Shown: positions 21,480 to 30,213 of the stretch, piece by piece
Position numbering within the stretch: the first letter of the stretch is position 1
How the letters are laid out: every line of letters begins with the position of its first letter
Source of the DNA: Vicinamibacterales bacterium
GTDB taxonomy: Bacteria > Acidobacteriota > Vicinamibacteria > Vicinamibacterales > UBA8438
Length of the DNA stretch: 64,000 bases
Direction: 5' to 3'
Assembly: GCA_963662965.1 (NCBI GenBank)
Contig: OY759970.1
Location: 3,904,524-3,968,523, forward strand
The notes under the pieces: model-generated
What the model saw: the letters and a program-made list of their open reading frames with translations, nothing else
The model's database searches: none
Told to the model about the DNA's origin: nothing
Translations under genes and position numbers: made by a program

Positions 21480-22745
21480 ATGAAGAAAACCATACTTGCG
21501 TTGGTCGTGATTGCGGCCACGGCTGTGGTGATGCAGCCTGGCAGCGCTGCGGCGCAATCGAGCGACGTGACGTTCCACAAGGACGTCGAGCCGATTCTGC
21601 AGCGGTCGTGTCAGGTGTGCCATCGGCCCGACAACATGGCGCCGATGTCGCTGATGAGCTATCAGGAGGCTCGTCCATGGGCGCGGTCGATCAAGAATAA
21701 AGTGGTTGCGCGCGAGATGCCGCCGTGGCATATCGATCCCAACGTTGGTGTCCAGGACTTCAAGCAAGACCGCTCGCTGAGCAACGCCGAGATCGAGTTG
21801 ATCGCGACCTGGGTCGATGCGGGCGCCCCGCGCGGCAATCCGGCTGATGCCCCGCCGCCGGCTGTGCTCCCTGACTTCGGCGCGTGGGAGGTCGAGCCTG
21901 ACCTGATCGTCACCTCGCCGCCACACACCGTCCCCGCCGAGGCGGGTGACTGGTGGGGTGATTACATCGTCGAGTCTGGCGTCACCGAGGACCGCTACAT
22001 ACAGGCGATCCAGACGAAGGCCGGTGACCTGCGCGTGGTGCACCACGCGCTGACCTATGCGGTCACCGACCCCGAGGCGCCGGCGGATGACAGCTCGAAC
22101 GACTTCTTCCTCAACGAGTACGCGGTCGGCAAGAACGCCGACAAGTACCCCGAAGGCACCGGAAAAATGTTGGAGGCGAACTCTCGAATCCGTTTTAGCT
22201 TTCACTACCACTCGGTCGGTGAGGAAGTGGTCGACCGAACCGAGGTTGGCATGGTGCTCTATCCGGAGGGCGAGGAGCCCGACAAGGTGCTCTACTCGCG
22301 GCAACTCGCCCAGGCCGGTGAGCTCGACATTCCGGCCGGCCAGATCACGCGGCACGACGGCTATGCCACCATGTATCTGCCGGGCCGTTTGACCGGCTTT
22401 CAGCCGCACATGCACTTCCTCGGCAAGCGGCAGTGTCTCGAGCTCATCTATCCCGACTCGTCGACCGAGATGGTCAGCTGCGCCAACTTCGACTTCAACT
22501 GGCACATCGTCTACAACTACGACGACGACGCTCAGCCGATCTATCCGGCCGGCACCAAGCTTCACGTCATCAGCTACCACGACAACACCGAGGCGCATCG
22601 TGGCAATAAAGACGCGCTCAACTGGACCGGTGGCGGCAGCCGCACGATCGACGAGATGGCGTTCGGCTGGATTAGCTGGTACGACTTGAGCGAGGAAGAA
22701 TACGCGGAGGAGTTGGAGACTCGCGCGGCCGACAACAACAACTAG
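21480..22745 (+). CDS. secreted heme c / copper type II monooxygenase-like fusion protein
   Basis: 421 aa with a signal peptide and the N-terminal c-type heme motif FHKDVEPILQRSCQVCH. His clusters VVHHALTY, FSFHYH and FQPHMHFLG resemble the CuH/CuM sites of PHM/DBH-type monooxygenases. Confidence 0.65.
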   Translation: MKKTILALVVIAATAVVMQPGSAAAQSSDVTFHKDVEPILQRSCQVCHRPDNMAPMSLMSYQEARPWARSIKNKVVAREMPPWHIDPNVGVQDFKQDRSLSNAEIELIATWVDAGAPRGNPADAPPPAVLPDFGAWEVEPDLIVTSPPHTVPAEAGDWWGDYIVESGVTEDRYIQAIQTKAGDLRVVHHALTYAVTDPEAPADDSSNDFFLNEYAVGKNADKYPEGTGKMLEANSRIRFSFHYHSVGEEVVDRTEVGMVLYPEGEEPDKVLYSRQLAQAGELDIPAGQITRHDGYATMYLPGRLTGFQPHMHFLGKRQCLELIYPDSSTEMVSCANFDFNWHIVYNYDDDAQPIYPAGTKLHVISYHDNTEAHRGNKDALNWTGGGSRTIDEMAFGWISWYDLSEEEYAEELETRAADNNN

Positions 22746-22775
22746 GTCCGTCGCAATTGTAGGTTCGCAGACTGG

Positions 22776-22809
22776 GGCACTCTGCGGAGGCTTTCCTCTG
22801 TAGAGTGCC
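22776..22809 (+). terminator. stem-loop downstream of the 21480..22745 gene (possible terminator or attenuator)
   Basis: GGCACTCT(22776-22783)/AGAGTGCC(22802-22809) encloses an inner GGAGG/CCTC helix. It is followed by TTGTTCGT, which is only a weak U-tract, and the next gene is co-directional. Confidence 0.3.
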
Positions 22810-22855
22810 TTGTTCGTATAGGGCAAGAAACAGGAATGTATCGTGAGAGGTCAGC

Positions 22856-23881
22856 ATGAAGGTTGATTCCCGATGGGTCGTGGTTGCTGCGACTGTGGTC
22901 GTGATCGGTGGCGCGTCACGCGCCGCCCAGGCGCAAGTCAACCCGCGCGACGTGCCGATTGTGACCCAGCCGCAGCAGCGCTTTGACGCCGGACAAGACG
23001 TACAGCCGATCTTCGAAGGGTGGACGCGGAACGACGATGGCAGCTATCTGTTCCACTTTGGGTACATGAATCGGAACTATCGTGAACAGCCGAGCGTTCC
23101 GATTGGGCCCGATAATCACTTCACCCCCGGAGACGAGGACCGTGGTCAGCCCGCCTATTTCTTTCCTCGCACGCAACGGTACCAATTCACGACACGCATG
23201 CCGGCGGACACCGGAACCAGCCCGGAGGACGGTATCGTCTGGCACCTGAGGGTGAACGGCAGCGAGCAGTTCGCCTACGGTTGGCTGCAGCCAGAGTGGG
23301 AGATAGACGTGAACACGATCACGTCGAACGGCCGCACCGGTTTTGGGCGCTCGAAGGACGAGATCTTTGCGAACCGTGCGCCGTCGGTCACCGCGTCGGT
23401 GGACCAGACGACGGCGCGTGTCGGTGAACCGGTCACGCTGACGGCGTCGCTCACCGACGACGACCTTCCTTCGGAGCTCGCGCCGCGGAAGCCGCGCACA
23501 CGGCTGCCGGCCTTGGTCGCGCCGGACGGCGCCCCGAAGTCGCCAGATAACATCCGTTCTTATCGTAAGCCACGGGCGCCACGCAACGGGCTGTCGCTGT
23601 TGTGGATCGTCTATCGGGGCCCCGCGGACGCCACCTTTGAGCCTGGCGGCTACCAGCGCGCGGTGTCCGAGGAAGAAGGAGAAGAGCCGCTCCCGGGGCG
23701 AGCTGGCGCCACGAGCGGTCCCGAAAGCAACGAGTCGACATCTCTCGAAGGCGACGGCTGGACGGCAGCGAAGTTCGAGGCGACGGTGACATTCGCCGAG
23801 CCGGGGACGTATACGCTGCGGGCGTGGGCGAGCGACGCGATGCTGCTGGTGCCGGCCGACGTGACGATCACCGTGCAGTAG
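22856..23881 (+). CDS. secreted hypothetical protein
   Basis: 341 aa with a signal peptide ending AAQAQ. No motif was recognised. The C-terminal about 90 aa look Ig/PKD-like (FEATVTFAEPGTYTLRAWASD). Confidence 0.55.
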   Translation: MKVDSRWVVVAATVVVIGGASRAAQAQVNPRDVPIVTQPQQRFDAGQDVQPIFEGWTRNDDGSYLFHFGYMNRNYREQPSVPIGPDNHFTPGDEDRGQPAYFFPRTQRYQFTTRMPADTGTSPEDGIVWHLRVNGSEQFAYGWLQPEWEIDVNTITSNGRTGFGRSKDEIFANRAPSVTASVDQTTARVGEPVTLTASLTDDDLPSELAPRKPRTRLPALVAPDGAPKSPDNIRSYRKPRAPRNGLSLLWIVYRGPADATFEPGGYQRAVSEEEGEEPLPGRAGATSGPESNESTSLEGDGWTAAKFEATVTFAEPGTYTLRAWASDAMLLVPADVTITVQ

Positions 23882-23948
23882 CAGACCGACCGTTCGAGAC
23901 GCACCCCGAGGTCATACGAGCGGAAGGACCGATCCGGGACCGGGCGCG

Positions 23949-24419
23949 TTATCGCTTCGGGCGGCGGTGGCCGGCGTCCCCGCGCTCTGATCCGCTGGTC
24001 CTGGCGAGCTGGAAGACCGCCACCAGCAGGCACGCGGCGCCGAGTGGGACGAGCGCGATGCCGATGCCCGGGTCACCGCTGTAGAACGACACGCCGCCGA
24101 GAAAGAACCCGCCCGGCAACAACACGCTCGCGCCGATGAGAGCGCCGGACATGAGTGGGCACCGCGACCGCGCGATGTCGGGGAAGGTGCGCAGCACGAG
24201 CGCGGTGACGACGTGGACGACGCCGAGCAGTGCGCCGTGGGCGTGCGCCAGCGTCCACATCAGTCGTCGCGTCGCGTTCGTCACGTCGAGGTAGAAGCCG
24301 ACCTTGAAGCCGTGTAGCGTCTCGAGCGCGAGGCCGAGGATCAGGAACACGAACAGCGACCACCAGCCGAACCTGAGGTGGCGGCCAACATAGTTAGGCG
24401 AGGCGGTTGGCGCCGGCAC
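23949..24419 (-). CDS. four-TM membrane protein with His cluster (unknown family)
   Basis: 156 aa with four predicted hydrophobic helices and His residues in ETLHGF and TLAHAHGALLGVVH. It lies 3 nt downstream of the octaheme cytochrome gene. Confidence 0.55.
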   Translation of the reverse strand: MPAPTASPNYVGRHLRFGWWSLFVFLILGLALETLHGFKVGFYLDVTNATRRLMWTLAHAHGALLGVVHVVTALVLRTFPDIARSRCPLMSGALIGASVLLPGGFFLGGVSFYSGDPGIGIALVPLGAACLLVAVFQLARTSGSERGDAGHRRPKR

Positions 24420-24422
24420 ACG

Positions 24423-26360
24423 CTACTCGCGGAGGAAGAGCGGACGCGTGTCGCGCTCGTCGAAGAGTCGCCGCAGCGCGGCGGTATCCAAGATGCCGTC
24501 GGCGTCGAAGAAGAGTTGGCGATCGCGACGGACCCGCGACGCTGTGCTGTTGCGCCAGGTGGTGAGCGCGTCGATCGCCGCGGCCCGGCGGCCGTCTCCG
24601 TCGCCGACGAAGTCGTAGTCGAGGCCTTCGTATCCGGGAATCGTTCGCAACGCGCCGGCGGCGATGTACCGGACCGTGTCGTACGGGTCGCCGAGCAGCT
24701 GACCGAGATAGGGCACCATCCAGCTCGTGCCCGACGCCGACTGCGCCGGCGTCCAGCCGTAGCTCCACGCGGTGATGGCGCGGAGCCCCGCATCGCCCTT
24801 CAAGAGCCAGAGAATCGAGCCGGCGACCGCCTGCTCATCTGGGTCGAGCGTGGGGGCTGACGTGTCATACCAGTCGGTCAGTCGCTCCGCGGTCCACGCG
24901 AGCGTCTGGTCCAGATGGCAGAGGTTGCAGGCGTTCGGGCGACCGACCTCCACGCTCTCCTGCACCGACGGGCTTGTGATCGTGTGGCTGCGAACCGCAC
25001 TCATTAGGCCGTACGAGGTGTACGGCATGTGGCAGTTGTAACAGCGACTGCCGAACGAATCCCCGTCGTGATGCGTGTGCGCGGTCAGGTCGGATGCGAT
25101 CCCATCGTGGCACTGAGCGCACGCCAGGTTGCCGTCCATACCGGCCGATACTTGATGCGTATCGGCCCACACGTCGACGGGGCGCGGGTCGTCAGGCGTC
25201 AGGTGCAGAGTGTGGCACGAGAAGCACGTGAGTGTCCGCTCGGGCGTGTCGGCGTTCTGAAAGCAGGGTGAATCGAGGAGGCCGTTATACTCCCGTCCCG
25301 ACACGCGGACGATCCCGTCTGCCCAGAACGACCCGCGAACGAACTCGGGGTCGGTGGCGAGCAGCGCCTGCATCTCCGGGGTGTCACCGTTCGTCGTGGG
25401 CTGCGCCACGAAGCGTGTGTCCCTCAGCGCATCGCCCGGCCGATAGGGGAGGCCGTCGGCATTGGCGGCGCGCTCGTCGTCGGTGTCGTAGAACTCCCAG
25501 ATGCTGTGGCATTGACCGCAGACCTGCGACGACCGCGCGGGGTCGAGCCGTATCGGATCCACGATCGTTGGATCCGGCCCACCCGAGAGGTGCAGCGCGT
25601 AGCGGCGCCAGGGACTCCTGTTGGCCTCGACGTGCTCCTCGCCCGGACCGTGGCACGACTCGCACGCAATCCCGAACTCGACGGCGGTGGTGTCGACGGC
25701 CTGGTCGGCAATCGGCTCTGACCCGTAGGGCGTGTCGAACTGCGTCTTACCCAGCGTGGTGTGGCACACGATACAGATCGCGTTCCAGTGTCCATTTGTC
25801 ATGGCCAGGCGTTGCCCAGGCGGATGGAGCACGACGGCGCTGCGTGGCGCCCACCGCCCTTCTTCGAGCAAAAAGACCGCGGGGAGGACGTTGAGCGCTC
25901 GGTCATGCTCGGTGGCGTACCAATAGATGTTCTGATGATGCGAGCCGGTGATCATCACCACCTGGCGGGTGATCCGCGGGCGCTCGCTGGGCGGTCCGTC
26001 CCACCCCGGGTCGTCGAACTCGGCCCAGAACTCGTCGCCCCGTCGCTCGAGCCGCATCGGCGCGCCGTGAACCGCATCGACGACTACACCGTCGAACTCG
26101 GCCCGCACCGTGTCCGGTGCCGCCACTTGCGTCATCGTGCGATGGAACGAGTCGTACCACGTCTCGTACGGTGACGGATGACACGCCCGGCAGGTCCGTG
26201 ACGAGACATAGCCGTCGCCCTCGACCGCTATGGGCCGGTGTGTGATCTCGTGCTCCGGGACGTCGGCGCCAAGCGAGGCTGCGACCACGGCCCCCAGTAC
26301 CAGGGCGCTGGCGAGGAGTGTGAGGACGGGAAGGGGAACGTGCCGCGGCGGCTGAGTCAT
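24423..26360 (-). CDS. octaheme c-type cytochrome with C-terminal HEAT-like helical repeats
   Basis: Eight CxxCH motifs are present (CRACH, CIVCH, CESCH, CGQCH, CFSCH, CAQCH, CYNCH, CNLCH). The signal/anchor is MTQPPRHVPLPVLTLLASALVLGAVVA. I placed the start at Met11 of the 24423..26390 ORF because the first 10 codons lie in a repeat copy. Confidence 0.85.
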   Translation of the reverse strand: MTQPPRHVPLPVLTLLASALVLGAVVAASLGADVPEHEITHRPIAVEGDGYVSSRTCRACHPSPYETWYDSFHRTMTQVAAPDTVRAEFDGVVVDAVHGAPMRLERRGDEFWAEFDDPGWDGPPSERPRITRQVVMITGSHHQNIYWYATEHDRALNVLPAVFLLEEGRWAPRSAVVLHPPGQRLAMTNGHWNAICIVCHTTLGKTQFDTPYGSEPIADQAVDTTAVEFGIACESCHGPGEEHVEANRSPWRRYALHLSGGPDPTIVDPIRLDPARSSQVCGQCHSIWEFYDTDDERAANADGLPYRPGDALRDTRFVAQPTTNGDTPEMQALLATDPEFVRGSFWADGIVRVSGREYNGLLDSPCFQNADTPERTLTCFSCHTLHLTPDDPRPVDVWADTHQVSAGMDGNLACAQCHDGIASDLTAHTHHDGDSFGSRCYNCHMPYTSYGLMSAVRSHTITSPSVQESVEVGRPNACNLCHLDQTLAWTAERLTDWYDTSAPTLDPDEQAVAGSILWLLKGDAGLRAITAWSYGWTPAQSASGTSWMVPYLGQLLGDPYDTVRYIAAGALRTIPGYEGLDYDFVGDGDGRRAAAIDALTTWRNSTASRVRRDRQLFFDADGILDTAALRRLFDERDTRPLFLRE

Positions 26361-26379
26361 CGTCCAGACGTCATCGGCC

Positions 26380-26472
26380 ACGGCGCGCACGTGCGCGCCC
26401 CGCGGCCGCGGCGTGGGGCATTCGGGGTCCCCGCGAAGCGGCAGCGTGGGGTTCGGGCGAAGCCCCGACTAA
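26380..26472 (-). repeat. copy of the intergenic structured repeat (inverted orientation)
   Basis: GGCGCGCACGTGCGCGCCCC...GGGGCATTCGGGGTCCCC...GCGTGGGGTTCGGGCGAAGCCCCGACTAA is the reverse complement of the consensus. It ends CCCCGACTAA at about 26472. Confidence 0.55.
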
Positions 26473-26473
26473 G

Positions 26474-27118
26474 TCAGTTCGTCGCGAAGCAGTAGTAGAA
26501 GCCGTTGCCGCCCGTTCCCTGGAGATCGGACTGCCCGCATCCACGCGACCCGTGCGCCGAGTTCCACGAACTCGGATTGGCGCCGCCACCCTGCCGGTCG
26601 TGATGACCGACCAGCGCGCTGCCATCGGCGCCGTTCTTGGTCCAGTTGCCGCACGTAGAGTCGTCGTTGCCGCTCATCATCGTGCCGTCGAGCTGCGAGC
26701 CGGTCAGGATGTCGTGCATGTTCGGGTCATCCCCACGGCCATTGACGATCTGTCCCATTTCGTTCAGCTGCGTTTCTTTCGTCAGGTTGTTGTTGTCGCT
26801 GTGCAGATTGGCGACGCTCGAGGCGATCTCGACGCTGTTGTAGTTGTGCCAGGGACCGCTCCCGATGCGGTCGCGGGCGTTGACGCCGCCCGCACCGGTC
26901 GTGCTGAGGTAGGCGCGCCAGGTCTTGCCGCCGGCGTCAGCCGCTTGCGCCAGCATCTGGCAATGCCGGTCGGCGCCGTCGATCCCACCGAGGTTGGCCC
27001 CGTCACCGGGCCCGGCGCTCGTGATGAAGAAACTGATGTTGGACGCTTGCGTCGCCGCCGGAACGGTCATCGCGATGGCCAAGAGCAGAGCGACACCAAA
27101 CAAGCGTGTGCGAGTCAT
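26474..27118 (-). CDS. secreted endostatin-like / C-type-lectin-fold protein (paralog 1)
   Basis: 214 aa with a signal peptide. Motifs FFITSAGPGDGANLGGIDGADRHCQMLAQAADAGGKTWRAYLST, STCGNWTKNG and FYYCFATN parallel the collagen XVIII endostatin pattern ([44 protein letters not shown]), including four Cys. The endostatin sequence was recalled from memory. Confidence 0.6.
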   Translation of the reverse strand: MTRTRLFGVALLLAIAMTVPAATQASNISFFITSAGPGDGANLGGIDGADRHCQMLAQAADAGGKTWRAYLSTTGAGGVNARDRIGSGPWHNYNSVEIASSVANLHSDNNNLTKETQLNEMGQIVNGRGDDPNMHDILTGSQLDGTMMSGNDDSTCGNWTKNGADGSALVGHHDRQGGGANPSSWNSAHGSRGCGQSDLQGTGGNGFYYCFATN

Positions 27119-27248
27119 GAGGCATCTTCCTTCCCGCCGGCCTACGCCCGGCGTTCGTTATCACTGGTGACGGGGGAGTGTACCCCAACCTCGGGCTGAA
27201 TTCATCTGGGACATGCGGACCGGGACCTAGCGTAGCATTAGGCCACGA

Positions 27249-27926
27249 ATGGCCACGACGACGCGGCGCTCCCACCGGCTGCTTGCCGCTGTCTGTGGCG
27301 CAAGTCTCATCACCCTCCTGGTGCTCGGCGACTCGCTGACATTAGACGCGCAGAGTCCGCGCGCCCTTCTCGACCAGGCGATCGATGACTTCGAAGCCGG
27401 CCGCCTGAGCGACGCGGTCGCTGGATTCGACGAGGTCGCGGCGCTCGTGCCTTCTTCGGCGCCGCAGCTCTGGCAGCGCGGAATCGCGCTGTACTACGTT
27501 GCCCGCTACCAGGACTGCCGTGAGATGTTCGAATCACATCGGACCGTGAATCCGAATGACGTCGAGAACGCCACCTGGCACTTTCTGTGTGTGGCTCGGC
27601 AGGAATCACCGGCGGCGGCGCGCGCGGCACTCTTGCCGGTCGGCCCCGACGGCCGTCCGCCGATGAGGGAGATCTACCAGATGTTTCGAGGCGATCTGAC
27701 GCCAGACGAGGTGATGGCGGTGGCCGAGCGTGTCGCCGGCGGCGCCCGCTCGCAGGCGCTCTTTTACGCTCACCTCTACGTCGGACTCTACTACGAGGCC
27801 ACCGGCGACGAGGCGGCGGCGCGCGAGCACATCACCGCGGCTGCCGACCAAGACTACGCGCGAGCCGGTGGCTACATGCACATGGTGGCCCGCGTGCACG
27901 TCGACCAGCTGGAAAACGGACAGTAG
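27249..27926 (+). CDS. exported helical-repeat (TPR-like) hypothetical protein
   Basis: 225 aa with an N-terminal hydrophobic segment. The Ala/Leu-rich helical pattern includes YYVARYQDCREMFE and LYVGLYYEATGDEAAAREH. Confidence 0.45.
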   Translation: MATTTRRSHRLLAAVCGASLITLLVLGDSLTLDAQSPRALLDQAIDDFEAGRLSDAVAGFDEVAALVPSSAPQLWQRGIALYYVARYQDCREMFESHRTVNPNDVENATWHFLCVARQESPAAARAALLPVGPDGRPPMREIYQMFRGDLTPDEVMAVAERVAGGARSQALFYAHLYVGLYYEATGDEAAAREHITAAADQDYARAGGYMHMVARVHVDQLENGQ

Positions 27927-28018
27927 GAAAAGAAACATCGGGCGTAGCGTGCCATCGGTGGCTCCGATTATAGTGTCTTCTGTCCGGCCCACAGTTCCTT
28001 GACGGGGAGGCGACCCAG

Positions 28019-30181
28019 ATGCGAACCAGCACTGTCTACCGAATCGGTTTCGTCGCGGTATTGGGGGCTGCCCTCGCGGCCGCCTCGTTCGTCGCTGTCG
28101 ATGCGCGCCAGAGCGTCGCGATCGACGCCGATGACATCGGCGGGGTGGTGACCGGTCCCAATGGGCCGGAGGCGGGGGTATGGGTCATCGCCGAGACGAC
28201 TGACCTGCCAACTCGCTTCAACCGGATCGTCGTGACCGATGATCGCGGCCGTTATGTCCTGCCAGATCTACCGCAGGCGACCTACGACGTCTGGGTGCGC
28301 GGGTACGGTCTCGTCGACTCGCAGAAGGTGAGCGCTACGCCAGGCGCCTCGCTCGACTTGACCGCGGTCGTCGCACCTGACGCCGCGGCCGCCGCGCAGT
28401 ATTACCCGGCCGGCTACTGGCTGTCGTTGATCGAGGTGCCCGATCGCGATCAATTCCCCGGCACCGGCCCGGACGGCAACGGCATTTCGCCCAATGTGCA
28501 GAGCCAGGCCCAGTGGATTCGGACGGTGAAGTCGGGCGGCTGCACCGCCTGCCATGCGCTCGGCAACAAGGCGACGCGCGAGATCCCCGCCGCGCTCGGC
28601 GAATTCGACTCGATGGTGGCGGCGTGGGACCGCCGTATCCAGTCAGGACAGGCCGGTGGCTCGATGTCCGGCGGCCTCGACCGGATGGGCCGGCGCGCCG
28701 CGCTCGAGATGTTTGCCGACTGGACCGACCGCATCGTCGCGGGCGAGCTCCCAGAGGCGCCGCCGCGACCGCAGGGCGTCGAACGGAACGTCGTGGTGAC
28801 GCAGTGGGATTGGGCCGACCCGAAGGCGTATCTCCATGACGAGATTGCGACCGACAAGCGCAACCCGACGGTGAACGCGAACGGTCCGATCTACGGCGCG
28901 CTCGAGGCGAGCGCCGACTACGTGCCGGTCCTCGACCCGGTTCGTCACGAGGCGAGGCAGGTGCCGGTGCCGGTGCGGGACGTGAATACGCCGGTCGCCG
29001 CCGGGCCGCCGCTGGCGCCGTCGCCGTACTGGGGCGATGAGGCGATCTGGACCAGTCAGTCGAACGTTCACAACCCGATGCTCGACCAAGATGGGCGCGT
29101 CTGGCTGACGTCACGTGTGCGTGGACCCGACAACCCGGCGATGTGTCAGGAAGGCTCGGCCCATCCGTCGGCCCGTGCGTTTCCGGTCGGACGTTCCGGC
29201 CGGCACCTCGCGGTCTGGGATCCGTCGCGTGAGGAGATGACGCTGATTGGCACATGCTTTAGCACGCACCATCTCGTCTTCGCCGAGGACGCCAACAACA
29301 CAATCTGGACGAGTGGCGGCGGGCAGGTCATCGGCTGGCTCGATACCAAGATGTTCCTCGAGACCGGCGACGAGGAGCGGTCGCAAGGGTGGACGGCGCT
29401 GGTGCTCGACACCAACGGGAATGGCCGCCGCGACGGCTACACCGAGCCCGACGAGGCGATTGATCCAGCGATGGACCACCGGGTGACAAGCGGCTTCTAC
29501 GGCGTCGCGGTCAATCCGGCCGACGGCACGATCTGGGGCTCCTCGCTCGGCTTCCCGGGCGCCATCATCAGACTCGACCCCGGTGACGACCCGTCGACCA
29601 CCGCGTTGACCGAGGTGTACGAGGTGCCCTGGGACAATCCGCGGGCATCGGTGCAGGGCTATTCGCCGCGCGGCATGGACATCGACCGGAACGGCGTGGT
29701 CTGGACACCGCTCGCGAGCGGGCACATGGCGAGCTTCGACCGGAGCAAGTGCACCGGGTCGCTCAATGGACCGGAGGCCACCGGCCAGCACTGTCCGGAG
29801 GGGTGGACGCTCTACGAGGAGCCGCTGCCGCAGTTCAAAGGGGTCAGCGATTCCGGCAGTGCCGAGGGCAGCTACTACACCTGGGTCGACCAGTTCGACA
29901 CGTTCGGCCTTGGGGAGAACGTCCCGATCAATACCGGGAATGCGTCTGAAGCGCTGCTCGCGCTGAGAGACGGCGAATGGGTCGTCATTCGTGTGCCGTA
30001 TCCGCTCGGCTTCTACACGAAATGGATGGACGGCCGGATCGACGACCCGAACACCGGTTGGAAGGGCAAGGGGCTGTGGGCCACCTACGGCACGCGCGCG
30101 CCGTTCCACACCGAGACCGGCAAGGGTACGCGGAGCAAGGTGGTGCACTTCCAGCTCCGACCGGATCCGCTCGCGAAGTAA
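28019..30181 (+). CDS. secreted CarboxypepD_reg-like + monoheme cytochrome c + large C-terminal (beta-propeller-like) protein (paralog 1)
   Basis: 720 aa. The motifs are GGVVTGPNGPEAGVWVIAETTDLPTRFNRIVVTDDRGRYVLPDLP and a single heme motif SGGCTACH. It ends VVHFQLRPDPLAK. It is a clear paralog of 51660..53768. Confidence 0.75.
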   Translation: MRTSTVYRIGFVAVLGAALAAASFVAVDARQSVAIDADDIGGVVTGPNGPEAGVWVIAETTDLPTRFNRIVVTDDRGRYVLPDLPQATYDVWVRGYGLVDSQKVSATPGASLDLTAVVAPDAAAAAQYYPAGYWLSLIEVPDRDQFPGTGPDGNGISPNVQSQAQWIRTVKSGGCTACHALGNKATREIPAALGEFDSMVAAWDRRIQSGQAGGSMSGGLDRMGRRAALEMFADWTDRIVAGELPEAPPRPQGVERNVVVTQWDWADPKAYLHDEIATDKRNPTVNANGPIYGALEASADYVPVLDPVRHEARQVPVPVRDVNTPVAAGPPLAPSPYWGDEAIWTSQSNVHNPMLDQDGRVWLTSRVRGPDNPAMCQEGSAHPSARAFPVGRSGRHLAVWDPSREEMTLIGTCFSTHHLVFAEDANNTIWTSGGGQVIGWLDTKMFLETGDEERSQGWTALVLDTNGNGRRDGYTEPDEAIDPAMDHRVTSGFYGVAVNPADGTIWGSSLGFPGAIIRLDPGDDPSTTALTEVYEVPWDNPRASVQGYSPRGMDIDRNGVVWTPLASGHMASFDRSKCTGSLNGPEATGQHCPEGWTLYEEPLPQFKGVSDSGSAEGSYYTWVDQFDTFGLGENVPINTGNASEALLALRDGEWVVIRVPYPLGFYTKWMDGRIDDPNTGWKGKGLWATYGTRAPFHTETGKGTRSKVVHFQLRPDPLAK

Positions 30182-30213
30182 CGTCCGCGTCGATTAGCCG
30201 GGGAGGGAACTCC

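Noticed and set aside
29977-30213. Long N-terminal extensions of several ORFs. These are 29977 for the 30214 gene, 39106 for dcp, 41905 for DUF1592, 45527 for ankyrin, 36271 and 58169 for the 'YEYACHEGN' genes, 38400..39530 for the epimerase, 11210 for the ABC ATPase and 26390 for the octaheme cytochrome.
   Set aside because: The extensions overlap upstream genes or repeat elements and are Arg-rich and low in complexity. They precede an internal start that has an RBS and/or begins a proper signal peptide.
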